In this document: piece by piece, positions 46,099 to 56,499 of the stretch
Numbering within the stretch: position 1 is the stretch's first letter
Layout: each line of letters starts with the position of its first letter
Origin: a virus
Taxonomy: Duplodnaviria; Caudoviricetes
DNA: 64,000 bases
Virus record (IMG/VR): IMGVR_UViG_3300028833_000109
Coordinates: 1 to 64,000 of that record
Direction: 5' to 3' (one strand)
Notes under the pieces: model-generated
Seen by the model: the letters and a program-made list of their open reading frames with translations, nothing else
Database searches by the model: none
Told to the model about the DNA's origin: nothing
Position numbers and translations under genes: made by a program

Positions 46099-46506
46099 AT
46101 GAGCGAAAAAGAGAACGACAAGAGGGCGAAATGCCCAGTTTGCGGAAGGTTCTGCAAACAAGAGGCCGTTGACAAGTACAATGGCTTGCTGAACGAGCGA
46201 GTGCGCATCGCGAAAGAACTCGACGGCGTTGCCGAAGAGTTGGGGGCTGTGCGCAAGAGCCTCGTTGAAGCGCAAAACGAGATGGTCAAGGCCAAAAAGA
46301 CGGCGAAAGACTACGAAGACCTGTACGTCGACACGCGCGGAAGGCTCGACCAAGCCTGCGCCGATGTGGACAAACTCCAGGAGAAGCTGGCCAAGTCGGG
46401 TGCAGACCTTGTTTCCATGCAGAGCGAGTGCCTGCGTCTGAGCGCCGAGAACGAGAGGCTGTACAACCGCAACCTCTTGGAGAGGATTCTGAACAAACGA
46501 GTATGA
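46099..46506 (+). CDS. Coiled-coil hypothetical protein
   Basis: CPVCGRF then heptads. Confidence 0.6.
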   Translation: MSEKENDKRAKCPVCGRFCKQEAVDKYNGLLNERVRIAKELDGVAEELGAVRKSLVEAQNEMVKAKKTAKDYEDLYVDTRGRLDQACADVDKLQEKLAKSGADLVSMQSECLRLSAENERLYNRNLLERILNKRV

Positions 46507-46527
46507 ACCATAAACATCAATTTTATT

Positions 46528-46755
46528 ATGAGCAAGATTTTAGTTGGGCGCAACGCCCCGAAGGAAGTTGAGGTGGGCAATTCGCTCACGAGAGCCGCCA
46601 AAAAAGAAGACGCAGATGCCGAAGAGAAGGAAGAACTGGCTCAAGCGCCTGTCGAAGTTGAGCAAGTGGACGCTGCTGAAGAGGGTGATGCCGATTCATC
46701 CGAAGAGAAGGCGCCCTCTGTTAAGGGACGAGGCAAGAAACGTGGCAAAGCGTAA
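46528..46755 (+). CDS. Small acidic/basic protein
   Basis: 75-aa ORF in operon. Confidence 0.55.
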   Translation: MSKILVGRNAPKEVEVGNSLTRAAKKEDADAEEKEELAQAPVEVEQVDAAEEGDADSSEEKAPSVKGRGKKRGKA

Positions 46756-46769
46756 GACGAGATACCGCT

Positions 46770-47144
46770 ATGAGTGACCAGATCAGTGTTTGCGTAAGCG
46801 TTGACATTCCAGTCGGTTTCGTCGAGAAGGCCGTAAAGGACTTGTCCCATGCGGCTCAAGAGAGCGAAGAAGCCTTAGATCGCGAAAAGGAGGTCTTCCA
46901 GAGTCTTGATGCCAGCATCCTTGAATCGGGCATCCTTGAGTACTTGAGGCAGAATTACAGGCAAGGAAAGAGGTTTGCCGTCGGCGATGATGTGTACTTC
47001 ATCCGTGACGGGGCAGCTTGCCACGACAGGATTTCCGACGCCATCTTCTTCTTTGAGGGTGGTGGTGTCGGCAAGAACGAGAGCGAGTTATTCCGTTCGA
47101 TGGATGAACTTGTCGAACACCTGAAAAAGAACGTGCATGGATAA
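46770..47144 (+). CDS. Hypothetical protein
   Basis: ORF in operon. Confidence 0.6.
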   Translation: MSDQISVCVSVDIPVGFVEKAVKDLSHAAQESEEALDREKEVFQSLDASILESGILEYLRQNYRQGKRFAVGDDVYFIRDGAACHDRISDAIFFFEGGGVGKNESELFRSMDELVEHLKKNVHG

Positions 47145-47637
47145 CAGGAGAAAAATTCCGTTCATTAAGCCCGCAAGGGTGGGGAACTACAAGGTCTGGC
47201 GCACGAAAGTCACCGCAGGCAAAGGCAAGGACAAGCTCGACATCGAGCAAATCTGCGTCAGTGACCTTGAGGGGCTTTGGCAGACCAAGGTGCCGCAGAC
47301 AAGCGAGTGTTTCGCCATGCTGACCGAACTTTACGCTGACGAGCGCAACAACGGCGCGTTGTCGAGCATATTCACCAACATGCTCGCCATGTCGTCCATC
47401 TACAACGGTTATTTCCACCGTGCCGTGCAGATGTGCATGTCAGTGTACTTCAACCCAGATTTGCTGCGCAAGAAGAAAGAGCGCAAAGACCTCATAAAAG
47501 AGGCAAAGAGGCTCGCTGACGACTTTTTGCAGTGGCGGGAAGCATACGATGCCCAAGCCAAAGAAAACGCCCCTACGGAAGAGCAGGAGCGTTCTGATGA
47601 GGTCTTGGAGGAGATGCTTAATGAAGTCGAAGAATGA
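47137..47637 (+). CDS. Hypothetical protein
   Basis: ORF in operon. Confidence 0.65.
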   Translation: MDNRRKIPFIKPARVGNYKVWRTKVTAGKGKDKLDIEQICVSDLEGLWQTKVPQTSECFAMLTELYADERNNGALSSIFTNMLAMSSIYNGYFHRAVQMCMSVYFNPDLLRKKKERKDLIKEAKRLADDFLQWREAYDAQAKENAPTEEQERSDEVLEEMLNEVEE

Positions 47638-47675
47638 TGTTGCTTTTTTTCCCATTTGGCTGAGAGTGTCGGAGT

Positions 47676-48257
47676 TTAGGCTTCGGCGCTCTTTTTCTTG
47701 GCCTTTTTGATGATGGGTTGAGCCATTTCGATGATGCGCCCCATCTCGACTGGCCGTACCTGGTCTTTCTTTGATGCCGTTTCGTTGTATGCGAACAAGA
47801 AGGGGCATTGGTTGCATTTCAAAGGGAAGAAGAAACTGATGCTCTCCGTCGCATCCGCTTCCTCGACATCTTTCTTATATCCCATGATGTCGGCATATTT
47901 CATCAGTCCTTCTATGCGCTCTTTGCTGTCGTTGGGCTGTTTCAAGGCGGCTGTCATAATGAGTTTCGCCGTCTTGCGCTTGTCGATGAGTTCATCTTCT
48001 CCGTCAACGGGCAAATGGTCGCTCATTCCCTGCTGTTCAAGCCTTGCCGACAGCGCACGTTTATATCCCGCTTTCTTCAGCGTCTTTTCCCTTGCGTCAC
48101 GCATCTGGAAAGTGCTCATGGGCATCATCCCGTTGTATGCGATAGCGTATGCGTCGTTTTCCGAGTAGCCGATGCCAACGAGGTCGGCCATAATCATGTC
48201 GCGCACCGATGCGCCGTATTTTTTCGCTTTATCTTCTAAATTCTTTGATACGTCCAT
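47676..48257 (-). CDS. Hypothetical protein, possible terminase small subunit
   Basis: N-terminal AYAIAY HTH-like region, C-terminal PLKCNQCP; in the packaging operon. Confidence 0.4.
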   Translation of the reverse strand: MDVSKNLEDKAKKYGASVRDMIMADLVGIGYSENDAYAIAYNGMMPMSTFQMRDAREKTLKKAGYKRALSARLEQQGMSDHLPVDGEDELIDKRKTAKLIMTAALKQPNDSKERIEGLMKYADIMGYKKDVEEADATESISFFFPLKCNQCPFLFAYNETASKKDQVRPVEMGRIIEMAQPIIKKAKKKSAEA

Positions 48258-48261
48258 ATAG

Positions 48262-49137
48262 TCAAATAATTACATCGTTAATACTGTAAACGGGTATGGC
48301 TACGCATTGGCAGTGATAATGTCTTGGGGGCAGTGCATCAAACTCGTCAAGCGTGTGAAAGCCGCAATAACTGTCGCATAAATCGCACAAATAATTGCTG
48401 CCCCTCATCACTATGAAACCCGTTATGCCGTCATCTTCCTCGAAGTCGAGTTGCTGGTTGTGTTTCCAGGCCAGTTGCAACGTATGTTTCGCCATATTCA
48501 CCACGTTTGTGCTGCCGTTGTTCGATATGCCGACCGCTCCGTACTGGATTCCCCTGCTGCGGATGTATGTCGCCGTGAACTCCTGCCACTTCTTGAACGC
48601 TGAACGTACTTCGGGCATGTTGTAGATTTGATGCAGGTAAGTCTTGATGCGTGTTGATGCCTGTGCCACGTTAAGCCCCGCATAGCGCATCGCTGCGATA
48701 GCCGCTTCCCAGTCCTTCATCATCTTGTACATGTAGTTCTCAAGCGTGTCTTGCAGGTTGCGGTCACCTTTTCCGAGCAACGCTATCCATGCCGCGAGTA
48801 TACTCATGCGGTCGCGGTCATCGGTGACGCGGGTGGAGTATTCGTAGATGAGGTTGAGTATTGTTTCCTCAAGTTCGTCCATCACATCGGAAATCTCGCT
48901 CATCATGTCCTGGTTGAAACCGCTTGAGAAATAGAGCAGTTTGGGATCAACATCGTATTTGTAGCAGATTTCAACGACGCGCACCGCACCAACGGCGATA
49001 ACATCGTCTATGCGCTGTTGCAGCACTCCTGCGTATTGCTCACGTTGCAGGATGAACTGCTTTGCCGCTTTGATGTCATCGTCGGTCGGAATGCGGTATT
49101 TCGTTGTGTCGAGTTTGATGTTAATCGGTTGTGCCAT
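48262..49137 (-). CDS. Minor head protein (SPP1 gp7/MuF-like)
   Basis: C-terminal CDLC..PP.HYHCQC. Confidence 0.65.
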   Translation of the reverse strand: MAQPINIKLDTTKYRIPTDDDIKAAKQFILQREQYAGVLQQRIDDVIAVGAVRVVEICYKYDVDPKLLYFSSGFNQDMMSEISDVMDELEETILNLIYEYSTRVTDDRDRMSILAAWIALLGKGDRNLQDTLENYMYKMMKDWEAAIAAMRYAGLNVAQASTRIKTYLHQIYNMPEVRSAFKKWQEFTATYIRSRGIQYGAVGISNNGSTNVVNMAKHTLQLAWKHNQQLDFEEDDGITGFIVMRGSNYLCDLCDSYCGFHTLDEFDALPPRHYHCQCVAIPVYSINDVII

Positions 49138-49762
49138 TATATCCAGTCTAATGTTGTTTGGTTGTAGTCGGATTTACGCCAACAAAACCATGCGTAACTG
49201 ACTGCACTCCCGCCGTGTTTACGCATATAGTCGAAGTCAGCGTTTTTTGCGCATAAGACCCTCTCGATGCACTGTAAAACCTTGACGGGGGGGTAGTTAC
49301 GAATATCTTGTCATACCTTCCCTTGCTCTCAAGGAACGTCGTTTTGAGGAAAAGGCAGACCAGCGAGCCTTCGGGAACGAGTTCGAGCGAGTGCAAGACC
49401 CAAGGAGTAACCACGGAATATGGCGGGTTTGTCACGATGGCGAAGTCGCCCTCAAACGGCGGTTCGGTCATCGCAAAGAAGTCCTGCACATCGCCGTAGC
49501 CTCGGTCGATGAGGTCGTAGGACTTCACCTCATGACCGAGTTCGGTCAATCGTTTGGATAGGCAGCCAGTGCCGCAGGCAGGTTCAAGTATCTGCTTCGG
49601 CAGGTCGATTTTCTTCTTCAAGAGGTCGATGGCAGACCAGTGGGTAGCGTAGAAATCGTGTTTCTCACGTTCTTTGTCGGTGTGGTTGCTTGCGCCGAGC
49701 ATCTTGAAGATGCTGTTACCATTGCCAGTCCAGTCTTTGTTTTTTGTCATTGATTTCGTCAT
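49137..49762 (-). pseudogene. Amino (likely N6-adenine) DNA methyltransferase, frameshifted at a C7 tract
   Basis: DFYAT, EPACGTG, TNPPY; C8 at 49287-49293 restores ..PPVKVLQCIERVLCAKNADF..GSAVSYAWFCW..DWI ending TAATG at 49137. Confidence 0.8.
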
Positions 49763-50510
49763 TTATGCGTTTCTTTGCGATTTCGTGATATTCTGGCTCC
49801 TTTTCTATTCCGATGAAGTGTCGGTTTTCCCTTATTGCTGCGACCAGAGTGGAGCCAGAGCCAGCGCAGAAGTCGAGTATTACCCCCCCCGCATCGGTGT
49901 AAGTCCTTATTAACCAACTCATTAGGTTGATTGGTTTTTCGGTTGGATGGAACGATTTGCCAGTCGGATGGAGTTTAGCGACGCTTATGATGCTTGTCGG
50001 GTATTTCTCGTCACTGATGATTGTCGGCGTTTCGATGAAATTTCCGTAGCATCGGTTCTGCGTCGGTTTCTCCATGTTGCCCTTTGAGTGGTTGCGCCTG
50101 TGCGGTTCGCACTTGACCATCTGCGGGTTGTATGTCGGTTGCTTGCGGTAGAACACAGCAATATCCTCATGTTGCCGCAAAGGTGCGCGTTTAGCGTTTA
50201 GAAAACCTGTTTTCAGTTTCTTGTCCCACACAAGCGAGTAGCGGTAGTGTTTCTCGTTTGAGAGGATGAGTTTAGCGGTGAACACTCCTTGACCAAACAA
50301 CACGATTGCCCCGTTGTCCTTGATGATGCGCTCTAACTGCTTCCACATTGAAGCAAGCGGGATAACGCTATCCCACTTTGCGCTTGTGTTGCCTTTATTC
50401 AAGCATCCAAATGGCGGATCGCAGATGATTGCGTCAATGCTCTTGTCGGGTATTGACGGCATGATGTCGAGGCAATCGCCGAGGATTATTTGGTCAAGTT
50501 CAATTTGCAT
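49716..50510 (-). CDS. N4/N6 DNA methyltransferase (beta class) with in-frame G8 tract
   Basis: GDCL, DPPF, HPTEKP, ILDFCAGSGST; tract 49883-49890. Confidence 0.9.
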   Translation of the reverse strand: MQIELDQIILGDCLDIMPSIPDKSIDAIICDPPFGCLNKGNTSAKWDSVIPLASMWKQLERIIKDNGAIVLFGQGVFTAKLILSNEKHYRYSLVWDKKLKTGFLNAKRAPLRQHEDIAVFYRKQPTYNPQMVKCEPHRRNHSKGNMEKPTQNRCYGNFIETPTIISDEKYPTSIISVAKLHPTGKSFHPTEKPINLMSWLIRTYTDAGGVILDFCAGSGSTLVAAIRENRHFIGIEKEPEYHEIAKKRINDEINDKKQRLDWQW

Positions 50511-51687
50511 ATTTCCAAACGTAGCCATAAGCGGAATGTGTTCTGCCAGCAAGATTATTCCCGATGCAGGTCGTAACACCTTTTCCGAGTGTGCGGATTG
50601 CATCTTTAATAGAGTTGTGTGTTGCCACATATTCACCATCAAAGGTAAATTGATTTATCTTTCGGGTTGCATCGGTTTTGAATGGTTCGGGTGCTGTTTC
50701 GCCCTTGTATCTCCAAATAAAACCATAGGCCGTCTTGAGGTTACCTTTGCAGCAATTTGTTATATCTGAGCATAGTTTTTTACCAAAAGAAATTGCCGCA
50801 TCTGTTGCACTTGGAAATTCCTTGACAAACTCACCGTCTTTTGTGTATTGGCATACAGGTTTTGCCCCTTTCCCTTTGAGGTCTGGTCTTGGCCCCTTGC
50901 GTCCCTTTGGGATATACTCATTCTCCTTTTGTTCAACAATAAACCTAAGTCCATTAACCGTTACTACTCCGTCAATCTTTGGTATTCTGGATAACATGTG
51001 CCTATCAAAACCGTTTTCGCGCCCTGCTTCTGATACGCTCTTGTATCGCTTTACCTCGTTGTTGTTGTCGTCAAGAAGTATGACATATTTTTGGTGGGAC
51101 TTCGGTTTGTCTTCTTCGTATTTGAAGATGCTGTTGTAGCTAAACACATAACCATGCGCTGTTTTACTTTTACCATTTAAGCAGTCACCAATATCATAGC
51201 CAATCGACTCTTCAAGTTGCTTGACCCCACATTGATGAGCACAAACAAGGCTACCATCCATATTGAATTGGAAAATAGTCTTATGCTTGCCTTCAAGGTT
51301 CTTTCGCAAAGTTGCCTTTCGTTTTGCGTTTGCACTTCCGTATGAGTTATTGTACGAGTAATCACAACGCTCCAGATTAGAAAGTACAGAGTTTGATCTA
51401 TCCTCATCAATGTGGTTTACACAGGGTAAGCCGTATGGATTTGGAATAAACGCATCTGCAATCAGTTTATGAACGCAGATGGTTTTCACAACTCCATTTT
51501 TTGAAAGATTTATATCAGGATAACCAGTTTGCTTGGAAATTCTGTTCTTCAAAATCCTTTCTTCGTAGAGCCTTTTTCTTCCCTTTGAGTCTGTGCTAAT
51601 GCGTGACAATCTTTTAACCCTGCCAAGCGAACTAATCTCGTACAAACCTTCATAGCCAACAACAGGCTTCCAAATTTCGTTTTCCAT
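50500..51687 (-). CDS. NUMOD4-HNH homing endonuclease with NUMOD1 repeats
   Basis: EIWKPVVGYEGLYEISSLGRV, VNHIDE.R.N....NLE, repeated KTAYG..W. Confidence 0.88.
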   Translation of the reverse strand: MENEIWKPVVGYEGLYEISSLGRVKRLSRISTDSKGRKRLYEERILKNRISKQTGYPDINLSKNGVVKTICVHKLIADAFIPNPYGLPCVNHIDEDRSNSVLSNLERCDYSYNNSYGSANAKRKATLRKNLEGKHKTIFQFNMDGSLVCAHQCGVKQLEESIGYDIGDCLNGKSKTAHGYVFSYNSIFKYEEDKPKSHQKYVILLDDNNNEVKRYKSVSEAGRENGFDRHMLSRIPKIDGVVTVNGLRFIVEQKENEYIPKGRKGPRPDLKGKGAKPVCQYTKDGEFVKEFPSATDAAISFGKKLCSDITNCCKGNLKTAYGFIWRYKGETAPEPFKTDATRKINQFTFDGEYVATHNSIKDAIRTLGKGVTTCIGNNLAGRTHSAYGYVWKYAN

Positions 51688-51796
51688 ATAATAAAAGAAT
51701 TATTGTTGGCTACAAAAGTATATACAAAAGTTCCGTATTTTATGATATGTGACTGGAAACAAATTGAAACAAGTGGAAACGATAGAATTATGATAA

Positions 51797-53557
51797 CTAA
51801 TGTGAGTTATTCCACCTATCCCAGTTGTTTTCAGAGCCATCCGTCCTATTGCCCCATCGGTCAGTGTGCAAGAGATTAGGGCGACCTGGCTTACGTCCAG
51901 TGGCTACAGAGCCAGCCTTTTTCTTCGATTGCTTGGCTTTCTTGTCACCATTATCTTCTTGATTCTCGTTTTGAGCCTTTATTACATCTACTTGTTGCTT
52001 AGTCTGGATTTCTGCAACCTCTTCTTGCATCTCAACAGCGTGTTCGTTTTGGATTTCGATACGTTGTTCCTCAACGAGCAACTGGTGCATATCTGCATCA
52101 TGCTTTTCTTGCTGGATGCGCTCCCACTCTTGAGGTGTAGCGTAAGGAAGTTTTTCCGAAGCGGTCTGCTTTGACAAGAATCCACCAAGTACTGCTGTGT
52201 TGAGATTTTGAGTTAACTCGCTGAGGTTGAGGTGGATATATGGCTCAATGTAGTGTCTAATGTTGGTGTTCATAAACTCCAGCCTGCTCTCACTCTCGAT
52301 GCCGTAACCCCAGTTGAAGATGTCGATAATCTTGTCCAAACAACCATCGTATTCGTGCGCATCGTTCATCGCTTTCTCAAACGCATCCGAATACATGATT
52401 TTCAGCGCAACGCCAGGAGTGTCGCCCGATTTCAGTTCTGGAGTCTTGACTGCAAAGGACTGCTTGTAGATGCTCTCTTCCAGTTTGTCAAGTTCACCCT
52501 TGTAGGCGTTGCTCGCATCCTGTCGGTTAAGGAAGCCAGCCTCGCCGTCCGACGGCAGGAACATGATTTTTGAGGCATAGGACATATCCTTGCTCTCGAT
52601 GACCTCGCTGCCTTCACCCTTGACATACATAATCGGCAATCCGAAATCGTGATTGCTGTGCGCAAGGTTGGAGAATGCGTGTTCGTAGTTCTCGATGGCT
52701 TCCTGCGAGAATGTCCAGCATGGGCCGTTATCGTCACGCATGTAAGACACGGGAATACTGTCGAACTGGTGCGGTGTCTTCTCCTCAAGTTTGTAGCCAT
52801 CTGCTGAGAATGCCTTAACAATGGCTTGAACAATTTTGCCAGTGATGGTTGAAGGGTCGCCGTCTGCAACGAATCGGTAGTAGTACTGATCGTCCCAAAC
52901 GTCAATATACCGCTTAGACACATTGCCTTTCTCATCAATGGCTGTGTATGTCCTTGCAAACGTGTCGAGTTTGCCAGTGCGCAGGTTATAGTGCGGATAG
53001 AGTTTGTCGCCGTCAAGGAACGAAAGCACCTTCCATCCGAATTTGCCTTTGTCCATAAAACCGACAAAAGCACCGTCGCCAGTCGCCTTGACCGACTTGA
53101 CAAGCTGATACCAGCCGATTTCCATGTTTTTGTTCGCCCATCCGTTGCGGTGTTCGGTGTAGGTCTTTGTCGCCTTGTCGGTGGCCTTCTTGTCGGAAAG
53201 CTCAAACTGCACGTCATTACCGCAAAGGTGCGTCAAGTGCTTGACGAGGATAATCTGCTGGAACGAGAAAGCGTAGCGCGGAATCTCCTGCACATACCAC
53301 CTGCCGTCATCTTCGTTCTTTACCCAAATGTCGGGATAGAGTTCCTTGTCGTTGATGAGGTGACCGGCAGGGTCGAGTTCACGCAAGAAATCCTCCTGCG
53401 TGACGATTTTCCTGCGGATAGTGTCGTGCGGGATGATAATCTCCTTGTTGTCGCCGTCAATGTAGCCGTGGTCGTACTGACCACCAGGCATGATTCTCGT
53501 GAAGGGTCTCTTTGTCAAGAGCTCCCTGAGTTTCGGTTGAGTGATGTTTTCTGCCAT
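51797..53557 (-). CDS. Portal protein
   Basis: 586 aa, directly after TerL; S..TA.E..PY and G.ALK motifs of SPP1-like portals. Confidence 0.7.
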   Translation of the reverse strand: MAENITQPKLRELLTKRPFTRIMPGGQYDHGYIDGDNKEIIIPHDTIRRKIVTQEDFLRELDPAGHLINDKELYPDIWVKNEDDGRWYVQEIPRYAFSFQQIILVKHLTHLCGNDVQFELSDKKATDKATKTYTEHRNGWANKNMEIGWYQLVKSVKATGDGAFVGFMDKGKFGWKVLSFLDGDKLYPHYNLRTGKLDTFARTYTAIDEKGNVSKRYIDVWDDQYYYRFVADGDPSTITGKIVQAIVKAFSADGYKLEEKTPHQFDSIPVSYMRDDNGPCWTFSQEAIENYEHAFSNLAHSNHDFGLPIMYVKGEGSEVIESKDMSYASKIMFLPSDGEAGFLNRQDASNAYKGELDKLEESIYKQSFAVKTPELKSGDTPGVALKIMYSDAFEKAMNDAHEYDGCLDKIIDIFNWGYGIESESRLEFMNTNIRHYIEPYIHLNLSELTQNLNTAVLGGFLSKQTASEKLPYATPQEWERIQQEKHDADMHQLLVEEQRIEIQNEHAVEMQEEVAEIQTKQQVDVIKAQNENQEDNGDKKAKQSKKKAGSVATGRKPGRPNLLHTDRWGNRTDGSENNWDRWNNSH

Positions 53558-53566
53558 AGTATTTGT

Positions 53567-56314
53567 TTATCTTCTAATGAGTCTTCGGTGTACGAATTTG
53601 TTGTGTGATGACCTCGCCCATTCGGGAACGACCGCCTGCGTCTTCTTGACATCGAAGATTTCGCGCATGAACAACGCCTCAAAGAAGTCGGGCGAGTGGC
53701 CGACAAGCGACTTGTGTTTCATCTGTTCCTTGTGGATAAGGCACCAGCCCTTGTCGCTTTTCGACATGTCCTGACGGACGCATTTGCGCTCGGTTTGCAG
53801 GATGTCGTACAATGTGCGCGTTTCCTTGCCTATCTGATACTTGCGGTTAAGCAAGGTGTGCTCGATGCTCCATTCGCACTGCTGTGTGCGCTCTGCGAAC
53901 TTGTACGCGCACTGCGACTTGATGTTGTCGTATAGGTTCTTGTCCTTTTTTGCGACAGCTTCAAGGTTGTTGAACGGAACGGCGTTCGGAAAAGCGCCTT
54001 TAAGCACCTGCCCCATGCCGTTAAGGTCATAGGTGAAGTTTTGCTCAAGCACGCCCCATTCCTGCAACTTGGCTTTGAGGAGTGAAGCCGTGTTGAACGG
54101 GTCTCTTCGGCACACGAACACATCAGCCACATGCCATCCTATCCATAGCCACGTCACGCAGTTGTCGCCGCCAGTACCTGCAACGTCACACGATGCCCTA
54201 CGCACGCCATCGTCAGTCTTTTGCGCGTTACGGAACACGCTGTCAAGGTGGCTGGCTTGTATCATGTCGCTGCTTGTCTTGATGATGTCCCAGTTGCCGT
54301 CGAACTCCCTTGCCCTGATTTCGGGTGGTTGGTTAAGCAGGTTTGCGACATACGACGGGTCGTTCTTCAAGAGCGCCTTGTTGTCTTTCAGCGAAGCCTT
54401 GATGAACGTGACCGACTTGACGAAAAACGATGTTTTCGTGTAGCCGTATTTCTCCCATTCGGGGTCCCATGCGTCATCAATGAGTTCCCTGCATTGCTCA
54501 TACACTTCTTCGGGTGTGTTGCCCCAAACGATGTTATCAACCGAGTCGTCGGGCATGTAGCAGTACCTTACCACTCCGTCACGTTCGGGGATGGCGAACC
54601 CTTTCAGTTCGGGATGGGTCTGACCATCAGAGTATATGGTATCTTCTTTCCCTATCCACCAGTCAACGAACTTTCTCAGCCAACTCAGCGGGTCTGGATT
54701 GCAGGTGCCGAGGATGCGGGAATGCACGCCGAACGTGTTTCGGTTACAAGTCATCAGGAACTTGAACATCTCAAACGGAATCTGCGGCAACTCGTCGATG
54801 CCGATGTATGCGAACTGCTGACCACGGAACTTGATGTCGAAGTCCACCATCGGCATGTCGTAATACCAAAAACCAAGTTTCGCGCCAGAGCGGAAATTCC
54901 ACGTCATATCGTCTTTCGACTTGTTGTATTTGCCGAGTTTATCAAACCACCTGTTGCTCTCGTTGATGATGTTCTCGAAGTCATCCTTGTTCTTACGGAA
55001 GATGATGCCATTGAAGTGCCTGTTGCTGATGTCGTACAGCGGCTCCATGAGCATAGTCACAGTGTTGTGGTTGATGTTGTAGCCTTCAGTGAGATACAAG
55101 TGGTCTTTGCCAGTGACCGTAATGCAGCGGAACTGGCGCTTGACGTTATCCTTTTTGATTTGCAGGATTTTCTTCGTCAATATACCCTTTGAGTAAGGGC
55201 TTGTCGCTTTGTTGGCATTCACTTTAGCGCTTTTGCTGTAATTGACCTTACAAGACGGATACAGTTCTGCGTCGTTCGGTGCTTTGAGTGACACGTTCCA
55301 CCAGCCCCACTTTTCCTGGTCTTCGGTTTCCTCGTAAACCGTCGCATAGATTCCGAGCGAACGGGCGAGGTCTGCGATTTCCTCGATGAACTTCTTGTTC
55401 TTTAGGCAAATGTAAGGGCCAGGGTTTTTCTTTCCCCTTCTTGCGCGGACGCTTATCGAAATCACACCCCACAGGTATTCCCATCTCGACTGCACGGATG
55501 CGGTTTTGTACATGTCGGGGATATGCGCGTCCTGCCTTGTCCTGCGTGTCGTGATTTGGTTGCAGACATCCAGCGGTATGCCGCGTATCTGCCAAATGTG
55601 CCTTGATCTCGGCTTGAGTGTCACTTTATAGCCCAACAAAGACAAATGATATGATGTGTAGTGGTTGCCGCCGCGCAGAGTAATGCCGTCTTTCCCGAAT
55701 GTCCATGTGCCGTCGCCGCTGATATGACCGAGCGCGAACGGATGGATGGGCAGTTTGTCTGGTGTCATATCCTCGTTCATCGCCACTTCTCCGCATAAAG
55801 GTATTTCGGCGTATTCAAACACATCTTGGCGCAACGATACTGGATATTTCGCATTGATGACATACCTGTCGAAAATTTCCCTTGCGGTCATTTCCCTGAA
55901 ATCCTCGCCTTCGCCGAGCCTTGCCCAAAAGCGGTGGTCATCCATACACACGACCTTAGTGCCGTCATCGAGGCAGACCGTATATGCGGCTTGCCAGCCT
56001 TGGTCGTAGATACCGCTCACCTTCTGAACGCCGTCGTATGGAGTGCAGATTTCATCGCCGATTTCAAGTGCGCCCATTTTCTTATAGCCGTTTGGTGTTG
56101 CGACAAGCGTGTTTACGCTGTTCGCTTTGCCGCCGCCTCGGTTGCCTCCGAACACAACAATGTCAGCGGTGTTGCTCAATCCGAGTTCCTGTGCGCCGCT
56201 TTGGGCGATGAACGATGCCTTGTCTTCCTTCTCACGAAGACCGACAATGTACTCAAGAGGGTAGATGGGCTTGCCATCTCTGGTATGAAAATCCGATAAA
56301 TCCTTTGTTGTCAT
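53567..56314 (-). CDS. terL: Terminase large subunit, intein-containing
   Basis: GGNRGGGK|T Walker A, IGIDEL Walker B, TCNP, CDVA nuclease, SPDFFEA. Confidence 0.9.
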   Translation of the reverse strand: MTTKDLSDFHTRDGKPIYPLEYIVGLREKEDKASFIAQSGAQELGLSNTADIVVFGGNRGGGKANSVNTLVATPNGYKKMGALEIGDEICTPYDGVQKVSGIYDQGWQAAYTVCLDDGTKVVCMDDHRFWARLGEGEDFREMTAREIFDRYVINAKYPVSLRQDVFEYAEIPLCGEVAMNEDMTPDKLPIHPFALGHISGDGTWTFGKDGITLRGGNHYTSYHLSLLGYKVTLKPRSRHIWQIRGIPLDVCNQITTRRTRQDAHIPDMYKTASVQSRWEYLWGVISISVRARRGKKNPGPYICLKNKKFIEEIADLARSLGIYATVYEETEDQEKWGWWNVSLKAPNDAELYPSCKVNYSKSAKVNANKATSPYSKGILTKKILQIKKDNVKRQFRCITVTGKDHLYLTEGYNINHNTVTMLMEPLYDISNRHFNGIIFRKNKDDFENIINESNRWFDKLGKYNKSKDDMTWNFRSGAKLGFWYYDMPMVDFDIKFRGQQFAYIGIDELPQIPFEMFKFLMTCNRNTFGVHSRILGTCNPDPLSWLRKFVDWWIGKEDTIYSDGQTHPELKGFAIPERDGVVRYCYMPDDSVDNIVWGNTPEEVYEQCRELIDDAWDPEWEKYGYTKTSFFVKSVTFIKASLKDNKALLKNDPSYVANLLNQPPEIRAREFDGNWDIIKTSSDMIQASHLDSVFRNAQKTDDGVRRASCDVAGTGGDNCVTWLWIGWHVADVFVCRRDPFNTASLLKAKLQEWGVLEQNFTYDLNGMGQVLKGAFPNAVPFNNLEAVAKKDKNLYDNIKSQCAYKFAERTQQCEWSIEHTLLNRKYQIGKETRTLYDILQTERKCVRQDMSKSDKGWCLIHKEQMKHKSLVGHSPDFFEALFMREIFDVKKTQAVVPEWARSSHNKFVHRRLIRR
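55064..56125 (-). mobile_element. Ala-initiated intein in the TerL Walker A
   Basis: ANSVNT.VATPNG start, DHRFW, FRCITV, INHN|T end; 354 aa. Confidence 0.85.
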
Positions 56315-56499
56315 TTGATTGCATTTATTTAGGTAACAAATTTAGTATGAATATTTTCGATAGATTTAGGCATTTTGGAAACGAGCGGATTGTTTCCACA
56401 AATTTGTATAAAAATACTCTTTTGTTTGCATATCTTTGCACCAAAGTATCTGCTTGCGAGAAACGCAGGTTAAAAAAAAGAAATCAATTCAAATCAACT

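Noticed and set aside
54221-55192. Long antisense ORFs (also 25682-26617, 36597-37397, 35195-35857, 57676-58311)
   Set aside because: Shadows of well-supported genes on the opposite strand
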